This document shows, one piece after another, positions 11,301 through 26,300 of a stretch of DNA of 64,000 nt. Origin of the DNA: Owenia fusiformis (lineage: Eukaryota); contig CAIIXF020000001.1 in NCBI GenBank assembly GCA_903813345.2, positions 7,440,001-7,504,000 of the forward strand, read 5' to 3'. The notes beneath the pieces were generated by a model. It was not told the DNA's origin. It ran no database searches and saw only the letters and a list, made by a program, of their open reading frames with translations. The position numbers and the translations under genes were made by a program. Within the stretch, counting starts at the first letter, position 1, and each line of letters opens with the position of its first letter.

Positions 11301-14300
11301 AAACTGTATATCACACCACATTTACATAAGTCTGTTTGTGTCTGGAAAACATCTTGTTATGGAGGGTGTACAATCAAATGAGCTAAATCTGATTCTACTT
11401 TTTAAGGATTTTGATTTTGTTACTTTGATAGAAAGCTGAGATATAGTTATGTTGATATTGTTTGAATAAATATATCTTTTATTTTTATATTTCATTGCAG
11501 ATATGTAACCATTTTTTATGTTTTTGTCATTTTAAACCCTTAAATTTTCTATTTTCACCATTGAGTGCCTCGTCAAGAAGCTTGTTTATCTCAACTTATC
11601 AAAAGACTTTTCAGAAAAATAACATAATGTCATATATTTTATCAAATCTATTAGCTTTCCACAAATGATTGTAATATTTCTTTATACTCATTTACACATC
11701 AAAATAATGAATACAAAATATAACATTATTTCTTCTAATCTTTAAAACTGTCACAAAATGTATCAATGTACAAAAAATGATGACCATATAAAAGAAATAT
11801 ATATGAAATATCTGATCGAATTATCACTTATTTTTAAACACATACATGATATTTATTCATTCTATGTAATAATCTTTGAAAATGAAAAACCTGTTGTATG
11901 ATATTACAAAATTTTGTAACTTTGAAGTTCCCGATACTTTTATTCTGTTATTAATCAGATAACATAGTAACATATCTTCCATTAACACTCAGACATACAT
12001 GCTCTCATTACAGATTTATGTTTTAACTTTATCTTCACGATTAAAAATGGCTGGCCCTTATAAGGTATTATATGACATTCATATTCTTGAATCTGTTAAT
12101 GATGTTGACATTTTGAAAAAATTATTTAGTTTTTTTTATTATTTCTTATACTGTCATTTTGCATTGATTTTGTTAAAATTTTACCTTTTCGTGGAAATAA
12201 TTTTAGTTCGTGCCAAGTCATTTCAAATACATGTATACAAAAACTTCAAGGCTGAATCATTAAAATATAGACATGTAGGTTTTCAAGATGAATTCCTTGT
12301 CCCATTTAGAACAATCTTTAGAATTCGTGTCAATGCCATCTTGTCATGTAATGGTTCAATAAACAAGGAACGAATATGATCCAATATATGATTGGTAGAT
12401 AAGAATATGACATCATATCTCCACAGATGGTATGGCATGTACAGTGCCACATACAATACATGTACATATGAATGGACATTATCAAATTAAATATTGATCT
12501 AAAATGAACCTTTTTTAATCAATAAGAACAAACAAAATACCAGTGTGAGAAATTCAACACTCCCTCAGAAAAAAAACTAAAAAACAAACAAAATATTTTT
12601 CTTTGCTAAGAAACCTTTGATACTTGTTGAAAAGAGGAAAAATAACATTTATTTCATAAATTAACTCCTATCTGACAATGTGCCTAAAACGGACCCAAGT
12701 AGATTAAAGTTGCAAAGTTGCTTGGATTGTCTATCATCCTAAAAAATAGGTAAAATACTACATTGCAATACATTATTTAGAAAAAGTTCATACTTTAGAT
12801 CCAACACTGTACTTTTGTATTTCAGATAAATTCTTTTTAGGTGCAGTACACCTTTGATTTCTTGTAATTTAGGGAGTTACAGCTATGAACATTTTCTTTA
12901 AATAAGATATCAGAGAAGCAACAAAATACAAGAGGGGCACAAGAGGTTACACATTTGTTAGCCAAACCACAACCAATCCTTTACAATTTTTTGCATCTAG
13001 AATATGTATGTACTTTTTATATAATATTACAGTGTGGTCCTTTGAATGCTAATTTTCTAGGTTTGACAGGCCACACTGCCATACATAATAGTATATTTGT
13101 TAGCTCCATTTTAAATAACATTTGGGAATAAACTTAACATAAGAGAGAATTCCTAAATAAAAAAAATTAATTCATATTAAAAAATACATAATTCACTGCT
13201 TGTTCAAGTTCTGTCTCAAGTCGAAGTAATAAATATGAACTTGAATTTTAGCTTTTAGTCTAAATGTCTTACTACATAGCTTTATTTGTATGAAAATATT
13301 ATTTCATAACTTAATTAAAGTGTCACAATCAGAATGCAATTAATCTTAAACCATGTAAATTACTAAAAGGATTTAAATCAAACAATTAGTGATTGCAATT
13401 ATACTTGGATTGTCTAAGTCCTCAAGCTTTGGATTCTATACATACATCTAGATTATCTTATGAAACACATTCAGTAAAATCGGTATAATATAAAATATCT
13501 ATGTGAGGATAATATATAATTCATAAAATGTAAGCTGAACAAAACTCATGAATTAATCATGGTTTTATCACACCTATATGTACATGTATAATGTAACAAC
13601 ATATCTTACATATGAATGTATACAGAAATAAAATATCCTATTTTGAACAACCAAAAACTTCCAGCGGGAGATTCAAACATTTAAAAACAAACTTGAAGGC
13701 TAGACTCCACAATATCCCGATAAAATACATTATGAATATAATGTTTATTTACCACATGGAACATCTTGAACCATACACCCACTCATGTAAACAAAAATGT
13801 TATAACACTGTGCAAATGTAGTATGATAATACAGAAAGTCATAATTCTTAACGTTACACTGGCGGATCTATAGATAAATTTGTTTTTGGGCCTAATCATA
13901 AATAGGCATTTTTCGATAAATTGGGTCTAAATTCTAGAAAAAATTGTTTTTTAAGACCTAATTAGACCTAAATTTTCAAAAAGGTCAATTGTCAACTGCC
14001 AGATTCACCCTTTGGTTATACTGGGTTCTTGTATATATGTTGCCCCTTGTTGATTTCTCATGTATTTTAAGTCGACGAAATACAATACAAGGTAATGTTT
14101 TCATTTTTGATTTTATAAGAACTGCATAAAAGGTGAAATATGGGATTATTTGAACATAAATGTACCTGTTAAACCTGTGTAGAAGTGTGTGAAGATTGAT
14201 GTCAGGTTAACAATGAGGATTTTTTAAATCTACATAAAGCAATGGCCACTAAAAGCCTTGAAATAGTTTGTAAACAAATAAAAGGCAAAACCCATCAAAT

Positions 14301-17300
14301 ATCAAAGCTAAAAGCCAGCACTTCAGAATTTGACAAATGTAAGCAACTTTTCAAAAAACATTTCATGACATCTTGAAAATGTTTGCCCTCTTCAACCAGG
14401 CTTCAGAAAATGTTAATTGATATTCTCAGCATCTACTCGCAGAGAATCAAATATCATGGGCCTCTCTAGCCCCGGGTCAGGGTTACCCTAATTACTCTAA
14501 GGCACCTACCTACATACCTATAATTTCACATGCCCTGGACAAATAAAAGGCTTAAGGCGAAAATTACGACAAAACCACTTGAGACAGAAAACTTCTAAAT
14601 ATCAATCTTAAATTTCATTTTAAGCAGATTTGGATTCCAAAAATATCATTTACTATTGATTTGTTTTATGAAACAAAAAGGTTCATTTTCACTTATTAAA
14701 AGTAATTTGCAAAATGACATGATTTATTTCGATTAATAACAATGTGTATCACCCAGCATAGATCACTGACTAACACTGATACCTCAGCTCCAAAAGAACA
14801 TGGTTAATGTCTAAGTAGACATTTCAGGCCTCGGGAAAGGATGAATAATACCTCTTTGTAATAACCCATCAACCTAAAGGTGAACATCTCACAAAAATAT
14901 AATATAATGTTCAAGGGTTTGACATTATCTACTAGACTATACATAATATGACAATCTGATTTTTTTGATTTTTTAAAAATTATCTCACCTTTTCAAATTT
15001 CAATATTTCAACACTTGAAAATGAGCATTCTGATATTTCATCAAAGGCCAGCATGTTTAACAGTAACCAAAACATGAAGATTGGCCAGTCATTCACTTCT
15101 GAAATCTGTACTTTGACACTTTTGCCAAGAAATACCCTCTTAAGAGCAAGACGGTATCCTACTATTTACAAGTGATTAACTTGAAGTGCAAGACTACCAG
15201 AATATCAAAAATGAATAGACAGAGGAATATCCTTGAAGAATTTCTGATTTATTTACGACTAGTTGCTGGGTGTGAGCCGGAGGGATCCTGCTCTGGAAAG
15301 AAACTAAAAGGAAACCCTATATGCTACCTTGAATATTTCCCCATGGTTAACTTTAATTATGTATTGCTTCCCTAAAGGCTTATCCCAAGCACAATCAGTA
15401 GAGAATGTTTTTGTCAACTTATGCAAACAAACTAAACCTGGTAGTTCTAGGATATAATACATCTTTTCCATAAGTTAATCATAATCAAACTATAGTTTAA
15501 CATGCTGAATTTTGTTTATATATTCCAATTGAGGAATACCATTTCTAATAGCTTGATTTCATTTCTTTAAAAGAGGACTTCATCTGCATTTTGCCAATTA
15601 CAAATTTCAACAATGATATTCTACTATGGTTTTTCCATGTCACTGTTCAATACATTTTTATTCAAACTTTATAATTGTAACTTGCATATTTGTATTAAAA
15701 TGTCAATGAATTGTATTTTACAATGTATCAAATATCAAATATATATAAGCAGATGGATCAGATGGATGACTTGTAACATTTCCAGCATTATAATTACAAA
15801 ACAGAAGAACAGAATATTCTTCTTTTAATAGTGCAGGCCATTACTTGAAAAAACTCAGAAATCTATATGGAAACTGATGCTGTAATTACAAGATTGGCAC
15901 GTAATTTCAATAAAAGCCAATAAATGCTATTCAGACAAAATCTCATTGAATCCGTACATTCCGTATATATGTGGATATTGATTGGTAAAAGTGTCATATT
16001 CAATATGGAAGCAGCGCTGATACACGAGCCACTATATATACATCATACATTAAACACATAGCAGATAAACCATATACAAACACTTAACACATTCTGTAAA
16101 CGTTTCTTTTGTAAAGTCTAAACATGATGATTGAAACACTAGCCGACTGAAGCACCAGGAAGGTTAGCTTCTCTACCCCCCACCTTTGTTATAATACAGA
16201 ACAACCATTCAGACAATACAGAGGATTACTTTTTATATCTTTACCAATTTTAGGTATATGTGGTCACATTCTTGTGGAATCCATCTCATTTAAGATGATC
16301 AAAATGCACTTATTTGCCTAGAGGGAAAACCTCAGGTAAAATACAGGTAGCACATTCCTTCGGAAAACTCTATTGCTTGGTAGCGGAATGTTTACGAGTG
16401 TATACTTAAGCTGAACAAGCATATTCAATGTTATAAAACAACCTTACCTATGTCAAACACTTCAGCGATTACATTGTCCCAATCTGTGAGAGAGGAGCTT
16501 TGTTTTGAGGACGAGCCCTGCGACATTTTATTCCTCTGTCGCCACTTTAACATTTATATCCTATCCATGATGGCTGGCTATATGAAATCATCAAATCCCT
16601 TTTGTGTACATTCTAATGCTTAGAATAAGCGTTCAATAACTTACTAGTCACATGACTTGAGGTATTCCAACATCAGCCATTGTACTAGAATTCAGCATTT
16701 ATTTAAATACAAAAGCTCTATAGTTCATTATGACACCATATCATCTGACGTATTTAGCAAATTTGATGTATACTTAAGAGTTCATATTTGCCTTTTCTGT
16801 TGAATCGTCGTGCTTTATTAGCTGTTGGGCAAAATATAAAGTTTTTCTCCTGATACATTGTGTCTCTTAACTTGTTTGATATCTCAGCGGTGCTTGCAGC
16901 TTATCCTTTCTGTAACTCAGTAGTCTAACTCATGTTAACAACTTATTGCTATTTGGAACAGTGATAATTGTCCTAATCATTGAAATAAATGCTTTCACGA
17001 TAAAATTGTACAATTCGCAGTTTGTTAGCACATTAAAACCTTGTAATAATATACAGTAGTTTTGTATTGTTTTCTTCAAGTCAATGTTGTCTTTCCCTGT
17101 GCTCAGTATCAAATAAATGTTTTTTGGTGAATGTGTCTGTTTTTGCAATTCTAATTATTTTGACAAATGTTGAAACTATTTGAAACACTTGTGAAACCTC
17201 CAGGGGTTAATCTGCCATAATCAGTAACCATAGGATGCACAATCAAGTTGACACCTTCTCTTGTAATTTTTTCTTTCACTTTCACACGCTTAAACAGCAT

Positions 17301-20300
17301 GTAATTTTCACAGTTTGAACGATTACCTACGTGAGCAGCATAGCTCTATTACACCTATATAATGATACCCTAACACAGGAGAAGGGTGTATAAATTATTA
17401 TCACCGACAAAAGTTCAATTGAATTTTGCCACTTGTCCTTAAACTGTTTACATGTTGCTATTTGTTCAACAGCTCAACATGATGTTAATCGTAACTCATC
17501 TCAAAAAAATAAAATAAAGCGCCAAAATGTCTAGCATTTCCAATTTACGTTTAATTTACAATGCGTAAATACTATATTTACATTTGCTAGGTACAATCAC
17601 GACCCGAATGATTTGTTCTGAGTATCCCTGATAGTATTGACTCCAATAATGATGTAATTATATGGTAGGTACATCCAAACAATAAAACTTGGATCACTTG
17701 GATCAGATGTAATTATCTCATTGATGACATGATGCAATGTAATCCTCTTAGATGTAAGCCAAACATAAGTATCTCTTTACTTATAATCTACCCTTTCTTT
17801 ATTTTTCGGAAACTCCTAAGAATCATTCCTCTCAATTCTAATTGTCTCAAATATATATATAACTTAAAGGATGACTTCTTTACAGTTCCTGTGAATATAA
17901 TTCCATATTTTCTTCACATTATTTCTTTCAAGAAAAATCCTAACATTAATGTTGATATCTTTTGCAAGAGATCAGGTAGATATTTCACTCGGGTAAACAA
18001 ACATATAAGCTCGTTAGCATTCCAGGTATGTCAGCCAGGCAAGCTGGACCTCCCTGAGTCTCATTCACTCACCGTGTCTAATCTTCAAACAAAAGTACCT
18101 AATACTCATAAGATGAAATATATTTTCATTTCATCAGATTACGTAAATATGAGATTATCACGTAAGGGTTTGTTACATCAGTTGAGCATTCATTGAGCCT
18201 TGAAGTATGTCACTAATCCTTGATGCTTCCTGTTGTATTTGGCTTTGCCCCATCCCTACTTCCTAAATCCAGCAATATCTCGAATGAATAGCTGAAAAGC
18301 TATCCCAAATGATTTTTTCAATACTACATGTTTTAATATTCTACAACTGAATCAAAAGAGAAACGGTAAAAAGAATTTTCATGTTTTTCTTTGTGCATCT
18401 TTGAGATTCTAACTATTGTGATATGAATATTTTCATTTCATCTTCTTATAAATACAATCAGTATATCGATTTGCTCTAGCTACCTATTATTTCAAAACTG
18501 ATCTTTCACACCTAGCATCTGATTTCCTTTTCTTGTTTCCTTTGAACATACGATCTTGTATGATTAGTTTCTATTAGTTTCTATTATTTGCAAATTCTCT
18601 CATTGAAGCGTCATGTGTCATTCCACCTCATGAACAAAGGTAATTATAATTCCTAATAACCGACTGATTTGATTAAAAAGTTAAAAGGACACAGACATAT
18701 GAGAAAAAACAGCCACATGGGATCATATTTCACCATTCACAGTATTCGCTATAACATGTTGATTAATGGTATCACATCTCTCAGGTGAACAGTATACATT
18801 TTGATTGATTACACCGATATACAAGATTATTTCGTGTCTATTAAAAAAGTATTCCTTTTTTCATAAAATGTTTAGTTTTTCCGGACCATCAAACATAAAG
18901 TCCAGTGAGCTAGTTTCAAAACATGTTGTGACATTTGTAAAGATATAAAGTTGTTGCATCTTAGTTAGCTGAACGATTTTACCTTTGAAATCATGTGATG
19001 AAGTTAACATATAAATATGGTAACTTAAATAAGAAGGGTTACCATGGTGATAAACAGCAATATAGTGGTTCCAGGAGTATAAATTATAATACAGATGTAT
19101 CCATTATATTTTGTACAAAAAGCAAATGTTAAGTTTTATTTGTTTACCAAATTCAGATTATAATTTTTCAATAATTTTCATATCTAATTCAGATAAAATG
19201 ACTTATGATCATGACAGAGAATTATTTTGTTAAATTTAAATTCTAATTACAAAATCTAAGTTGATTATACATGCTGTCAAGTTACAATATTGATTTCAGT
19301 TTTTGCAATATAACTGACAGATGAATGGTATAAAGATAATAATGGCATGTATTATGCATATATAATATAGCATAAAATACTAGTATGGAACAAAATTTCC
19401 TGAAATTAAATTGAAAAAAAGAATCTATATAACATTTAAACCTATTTTAGTTAGTTTACATCAGTTGTAAAAGATATAAAGAGTCTAGTCATGATTTTCA
19501 CACGTCAGACGGTTATAACACATATTAATGTATTTTTTATTTCTAATTTGTAGCATGTTTTTTATAAACGAGTCTATAAAAAAATATTGCTCCCATGAAC
19601 AAACACAAAGGAACAAACTTCGCAGGGAGTTGAAGTCTGGCAAAATTATTTATTCCATTATTTTGACACATTAAAACTATTGTAAAGGCACTAAAAAACA
19701 AGAGTCCTGTGGTTTTATACTGAATGAAACTAATGTGAAATCATTATTGATTTCACACTAAAAAGTTAGATATAAGTGCCAACTTGAATGTTATCAGAAA
19801 GACTGACATTTCAAATATGTTGGTTTTCCAACTTTCACACCAATGGCATTCATTTAAAACACTGACCATTTTATTAATTAAGTTGGAATATTGGTATTTT
19901 TACTTGCCCCTCCTGCAAGTTGTAAGAACTGTTTATTGAAATGCTAATAAACAGAAATAGTTTTAACAATGCAGCGCGTGTTAATTACTGGCACAATTTG
20001 TAATTAAAAATTCTTGATTGATACTTCGGTAAATATGCATTTCGCTATTTCTTTTTCACCACTAAAAAAGTATTGAATATATTTCGAACCACATATTGGT
20101 TATCCAAGCTCATAATGTAATATGCCTATCTAATTTTTTCCTTCTAATTATACGATATTAGGAAAATAACAATATCGATATATAATACAGAATTAGTAAT
20201 ATTTTCTTGATATGGATTATTCTACACCCCATATCAAAACCATCAGAAATAACACACTCACATGGCTGCGATAAGCAGTTAGCATTTCCCCGATTAAGAA

Positions 20301-23300
20301 CTCGTAATCTGATTGGCTGTTGCAACACTGCGACAGAAATCATGTATAAGTCATTGCGCATAATAAGATCACGTGATTCAGTTTAATCGGGGGCTTCCAA
20401 ATTGGTTATAGCAGGGTAACATCAATTAAAAAATATAACACATAATTTTCTGAAGAAAAAAAAGAAGTATCTTAAAATTGGAAGTGATAAATCTAATATC
20501 ATATAATTTTTCTTAATATTAAATTATTAAATCATTGCAATCAATATCAACATTCATTCACTTCGCCCATGTCGATATTGATCAGCTCATTGATAGAAAT
20601 GGTATCACTTAAAATAATATGATATCACATACTTTTAATTCAGTTGAGCATGAATCCAATTTTGATTATTCACAATTTATTGGTAGATCTGAAAACCAAG
20701 ATATGGGCAAACATCTGTTGATTTACAGTATCATGTTGCATACGAAAATATCCCTCATTTGTCCATATTTGGTATTACTATAATTCTTACTCTATTGCAA
20801 TGAGGTGTTTGTACCCCTACCCCCTCCCCCCCCATCCTATATACAAGCTTATTGCACCCAGGGTGGGGATACTTCAGTTAATATAGAAGTTCTTTCATTG
20901 GGATCATCATGATAAACATCTCATTTCCTCTCAGCCCTGAGATGTTTCAGGTGAAGAAGAAAGATGCTATGAGTATCAAAATGCATTGGGATGGGGATAT
21001 CATTAAAGGTCCAAAATAGGAAAGGTCATGACATCAAACAAATGTTCACCAATCAATTAAACTCTGTAAATAAGCCTTTGGTTTTAAGAATCTATTTTTC
21101 AGGAGTAAATCTTAAAAATACATGTATATCTTGTACATGTATCTTAATACGTTAGTAAATGAGATATGGACCTCAAGTGGCAGTTTTCAAATAGTTTATG
21201 TGGACATTATATAGAGGTCAGACCACTTGACTACTTGGAACAAATCATACGCAACCCAGTGATATAAAAATAATACATCTATGTAATAATATGAATAATA
21301 CTTTAGCAAATTGAAAGCCGATTAGAATAAGCGATCAAATTCTGGATTATATCTGAATGTCTTAACGTTCAGTAATACCCCTCAACAATTCCCGCACTCC
21401 AATATACTTAACTCGTGAAAGGTTGGGTACATTTTGGGACAAGATTAGTGGATAAGATGATTACTGATTATAATATGTCCCTCTGTATGATATGCCTGTG
21501 GTTGAATAATCCCATGATCTTCAAATCAAGGGACATTCATACCAACGGTCTATTCATATTAATATCCATTTTCATAACTTATGTAGATATACAATACTGG
21601 TTAAATATAGTTTAACAAAGTTCTACAAATATTAGACCATTTAGCACTTTGACTTTGAAACTACTATTACATGAATTCAGCTTAGAATTTTAGACTTTTA
21701 CATATTTGCTCCAATTCCAGCATAATAAGTAACTAATGTCATGTGAGGTAACTTAATTATAACAAAAGTAAATTTTAGTCCCTTACAAACGCACGATCCA
21801 AAGTGTCAAAAATACTTCTACACTCTTGCTTGAGATCCCCCTCTATTGAATTCTCCCTACTTTGATCCTATAGCACAGGGGTTAACAGGAAACAACAACA
21901 AGAAGACTATACAGATATTCCATTCTGCCCAGATTTTGGAGCCAATAACCAATTCACATGATGAAGTATGACATATTATTCTAGCAGATCACCGTGGGCC
22001 AAATTTAATCATAAATTCCTATAATACTTTCTCTTTCAAAACTTCAGCCCAATTGAAAGTATTCAATTCATATGTGGCAATCTGAGTTTAGTCAGTGTGA
22101 TGTTTTCAAACACTCTGTTATACAAATCAATAAGGGAGTATTTTGGGATGGATTTCAAAATGTCAACTTCAGATGTTACTCGAGTGCCATGCTCTAACTA
22201 ATCATGCATGTCTTGTTAACTATAAAATAATTCATTTCAATGACATGTTTGAAAACCACTTATTTTGAATTTTAAACTCTAAAGCAATATCCATAAATCC
22301 ATCATAACTGTATTTCACATCATACCAGGCATTATAAATTTGGAATCACAAGGTTTTGGGATTATCTTTTGCTAAAATATGCAATCCGTAAACAGTTGCA
22401 TTCAAATATAAAACATACATACTGTAATTCAGAAACCAAACCATTTTGAATACTTAGGATTATTTGTAGCTTAACTATAACAAATGTGTCGCATCTTCAT
22501 TTGTTGATGCTTTTTATAACATGATCTTTTTGGACATGTCATAAAATTAACATGGCTGAAACTCTCTACATTACATTTACACAAATTGAATCTCTGAGAT
22601 AACAAAAACAAAACAAAACAAAAGTTTGGTCTCAAATCGCAATCAAATCAGAATCGCATCGTGAAGAGTGACTTATTTTAGAAAAAACAATCTGATTAGT
22701 CTTGCTTCAAGACCCTGGACCCCCGTCCTCCTTATATACTTTACACCAGTGTCGATTAGGTGATGAAGTCGATGTTTGAAGTCGATGAGGGGGGAGAGCT
22801 CCAGTCTTGAATCAAGACTACAATCCGATATAACTAACTGATTTAAGTAAATCTTTCACAAACCAGAAACTTTAAGATAAAGACACATAAAAAACATGTG
22901 GTGCTCATATTTTGTGGATGGCTCATGTTATAAATGATACACTGAACATGAAGTGTAAGAGTCACATATTACCAACACGGCAGTGTTGTAAATGAAACCC
23001 AGCTTAATATGTCTACCAAATCAGAGAATCATGACATCAACCGTGATTCATTTATATTACTGAAGACCAAGATGAGCTAATCTTGTTTCATGAAGTTTTC
23101 GATTACGGTGTATGTTCAATATGGAGGGTGGGAGTTTATCGAGATGATGCATAAGGGCCCCTAAAACATAGATCCTCAATACAAAATGTTAAATAAAAAT
23201 ATAAGGTACCTTTATATCTTACTCAATATTTGGAGTACTAGTATATGGACCACAGGTATAAGGTTTAAACACCTGAAACAATTTAAAGCAAAATTTAAAA

Positions 23301-26300
23301 CAAATAAACAAGTTACAAGTTGAAATAATCTAAAACTCAAGGAACATCAAAAAACAGTTTAAACAATAATTAAATGTTTATACTCTACATCTTACTATCT
23401 TTCCCCAATCTTTGAAGTTGTTTAATGTTTGGAAACATTGTCGTGCAATTGTTTATTCTCATGATGCTCCACCTGATGACGATGCTAATCAAACTAAGCA
23501 TGATACCAGAACAATCAAGGATAATACTATTACATCACCTCCACCATTAATCAAGTGAACCCACAGACAGTGATAATTAGATGGATATGTTTGCTTCCCA
23601 TTGTGGCCTACAGTTCACTAAAGCTGTCAGATAGCAGGAAGCCATCCATTCAATGAGAACTACATCTACAATTTTTACTGAAAATTGACTAAACCAATTT
23701 GTGTAATAAAAGATAATTAACCTGTAACTTACTGTGACTAAACCAAATTTTAGCTGCACCTACATATGGTTTCATCTTTGCCCAAAAATCCAAAGTTAAT
23801 TAAATCCAGTTTATTAAATCCAAATAAATCCTCATTTAAACATGATCATCTGATGACTCTACCTTCTGTTATCTCGATGAAAGGGATTTTGCATAACCAA
23901 ATCAATTTGAAAGTTTAACGAGTGAATCTTGTCCAACTTAGCTAAGTGAAGTGAAACATCCTGAACTTAAGATTTCTATCTAACTAAGTGCATTCCTTGC
24001 CATTTCTCTTATAAATTTGAATAAATGCCGATTTTCTGACATATCTGTATAATTATGAAAAAAGACTCCATATTAATTCAATGTATTTCATGCTATTTTT
24101 ACTTATTTACCTTAATTCTGAACTTATAAATATGACTCAGTGATATGTTTTTTACAGATTGAGTTGCTCAGTACATGTAGAAAACATACTGTGACCACCC
24201 TGTTAAAACACTGGACATCTTTTTGATCTCATTGCTTTGAAAAATACAAACAATTGTTTACTGCACCACATGAGTTAACTTCTTTCACGTCCCTTTAAAA
24301 TGAGTTTTGTAACTAAAATGGCATTGGCCAAGATGAAAGGTGAAGTATCTAATTAAAAAAATGGAATGAATTTGTAACTTATAAAACAAGACACATACAG
24401 GGGAATAAATGGTTATGTCATTAAGTGGTTTATTTGAAAAAACTCCAATCCAATGCAAAAAGACTCAGTACATACAATAGGCTCTATATTATAGTATACA
24501 CTGTTGCTCATAAATATGGAATATTTTATAGATACGAACTGTTCGATGGAATTTCTACAAAATGATAACATTTTGATGAAAATTTGTAATGTGTTCTCAT
24601 TCCCTCATCAGTTTTGCATATAAAACTGATTGGTATGAAAAGTTAAAACATTTATGGTTGATTAAACTTGTATTCACTCAGGTGACCCCATGACCTCATG
24701 ATATTGGTAACTTGAAAGAGATGTCCAAATCTTAGTTGTAATCATTATGCACATTTTATTAAATTTTAATTTAGAGTTGGAAGAGTTTTTAGAAGGCATG
24801 CCCCATAGAATAAGCGAAAAAGAGCATGGCAGGTCATAGGGATGGCGCTCTCTGGCATGAAACAAACTGCCATTGCCAGGACCCTAGGGGTGTGTCAGGA
24901 ACAGTCTCTAAAATTTTGCAGTGGTACCAAAGGCACTGGAATATGACTCCAGGTCACAGCAATAGTGGCCCTAGAGAGAAAAATGTAAGAAAAGACCACC
25001 ACATACTGCATTTATGTCATCAAAATCGCTTATCAGTCAACCAGTGGTCTACGAAGTGAATGGCTGTCCCACCTCAAAACCTGTGTTTATAGACAACCAG
25101 TGATTTCTTTAAAACGGATGCAAGGCCATGAGACCTTTAAAGAGACCAGGAAAGCACCAAAACATTGGACCTAATCTTTGGTGTCATAGGACAGCATGTG
25201 AAGAAATAAGATGTGTCCTCCACAAAGTTGATAATTGTGTTCGTTTCTGTCATAGACCAGGGGAAAAAGACAATAAGGACACTTACTGATGTGGCAGTCC
25301 ATGAAGGCGACCCTATTTATGTTTGGAGTAGTATTACAGAGGTTGTTTGGAGCAGTACTACAGACGTTGCACCCCCTTGGTGATTCCAAAACATAATTTA
25401 AGAGTAATTTGACCTTTTGGACCTCCATCAAGTACCACATGCAAATAGAGTGTTTTGGGGCAACATTCAACTGCAGAATGATCATACTGATGCATATGCT
25501 AGTGGCATCGTGTTGGATTACATCAGGGCAGGCAATGTGGACCAGCTACCATGGGCACAAAAGTCAGCCAAGCAGGCTAATGCAAAGCAAATGTGGGACG
25601 ACCTTGGTAATGAGAATCGTGACTTGGACCCCCACCTCAAAATTTAGACACGTTACGTACTGCCCAGATTGAGGAATGGGGCCTTATTTCACTTAGAAAG
25701 GTCAGATGTTTCATTCTATGCTGGTCCGGTAGGGTTGATGCTCTGATTGCAACACAAAGAGGACATAACGCATATTAGTGCTATCATTGGATAGAGGACA
25801 CTTCAATGTTCATGACCAGATGTTTATTTTGTTTGATCTGTTTTACATGACGATTTGGATCGGGGTGTTTTGAAAATGCAAAAATTCTTAGCGTACCCCT
25901 GTTTAAATAACAGTAATTTTCTAAACTTAAATGTGAATATTTTTTCTCTAAAAAATGTTGATTTGTAGATGAAATATGTGGTTATGATTTGCCTAGAAAA
26001 TAAATGTCTGAACCAACTCCAAATAAATGTTCTCTTACTCCAAACTTTGAATTCTGAGCTGCCAAATCTAATATTCCATATTTATGAGCAACAGTGTACT
26101 CTCTGTATTGCACGATTGTTAAAAAACAAATTCTCAGGTGAAAATAAAATAATGTTTTTGTATGATATGAATAATTTCTATCTAATGTTCAAAACGTGCA
26201 TGTCATTATACATGATATTAGTATATTTTTACATTTTGAATTACCATTAAGCAAAGGTCACAGAAAACTCAATGGACTTCTCCCTTATATCTAGCCCCAT

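Noticed and set aside
17729-18196. 155-aa ORF in FBXL7 intron 2, and similar AT-rich ORFs at 11999-12379, 25969-26250 and 3308-3682
   Set aside because: The I/F/L/K/N-rich composition is typical of random AT-rich DNA, with no recognisable domain.
20285-20395. CCCCGATTAA / TTAATCGGGG inverted pair with CCAAT and E-box as a promoter or ncRNA
   Set aside because: The arms are only 10 bp and no linked exon was found; more likely a repeat interior.
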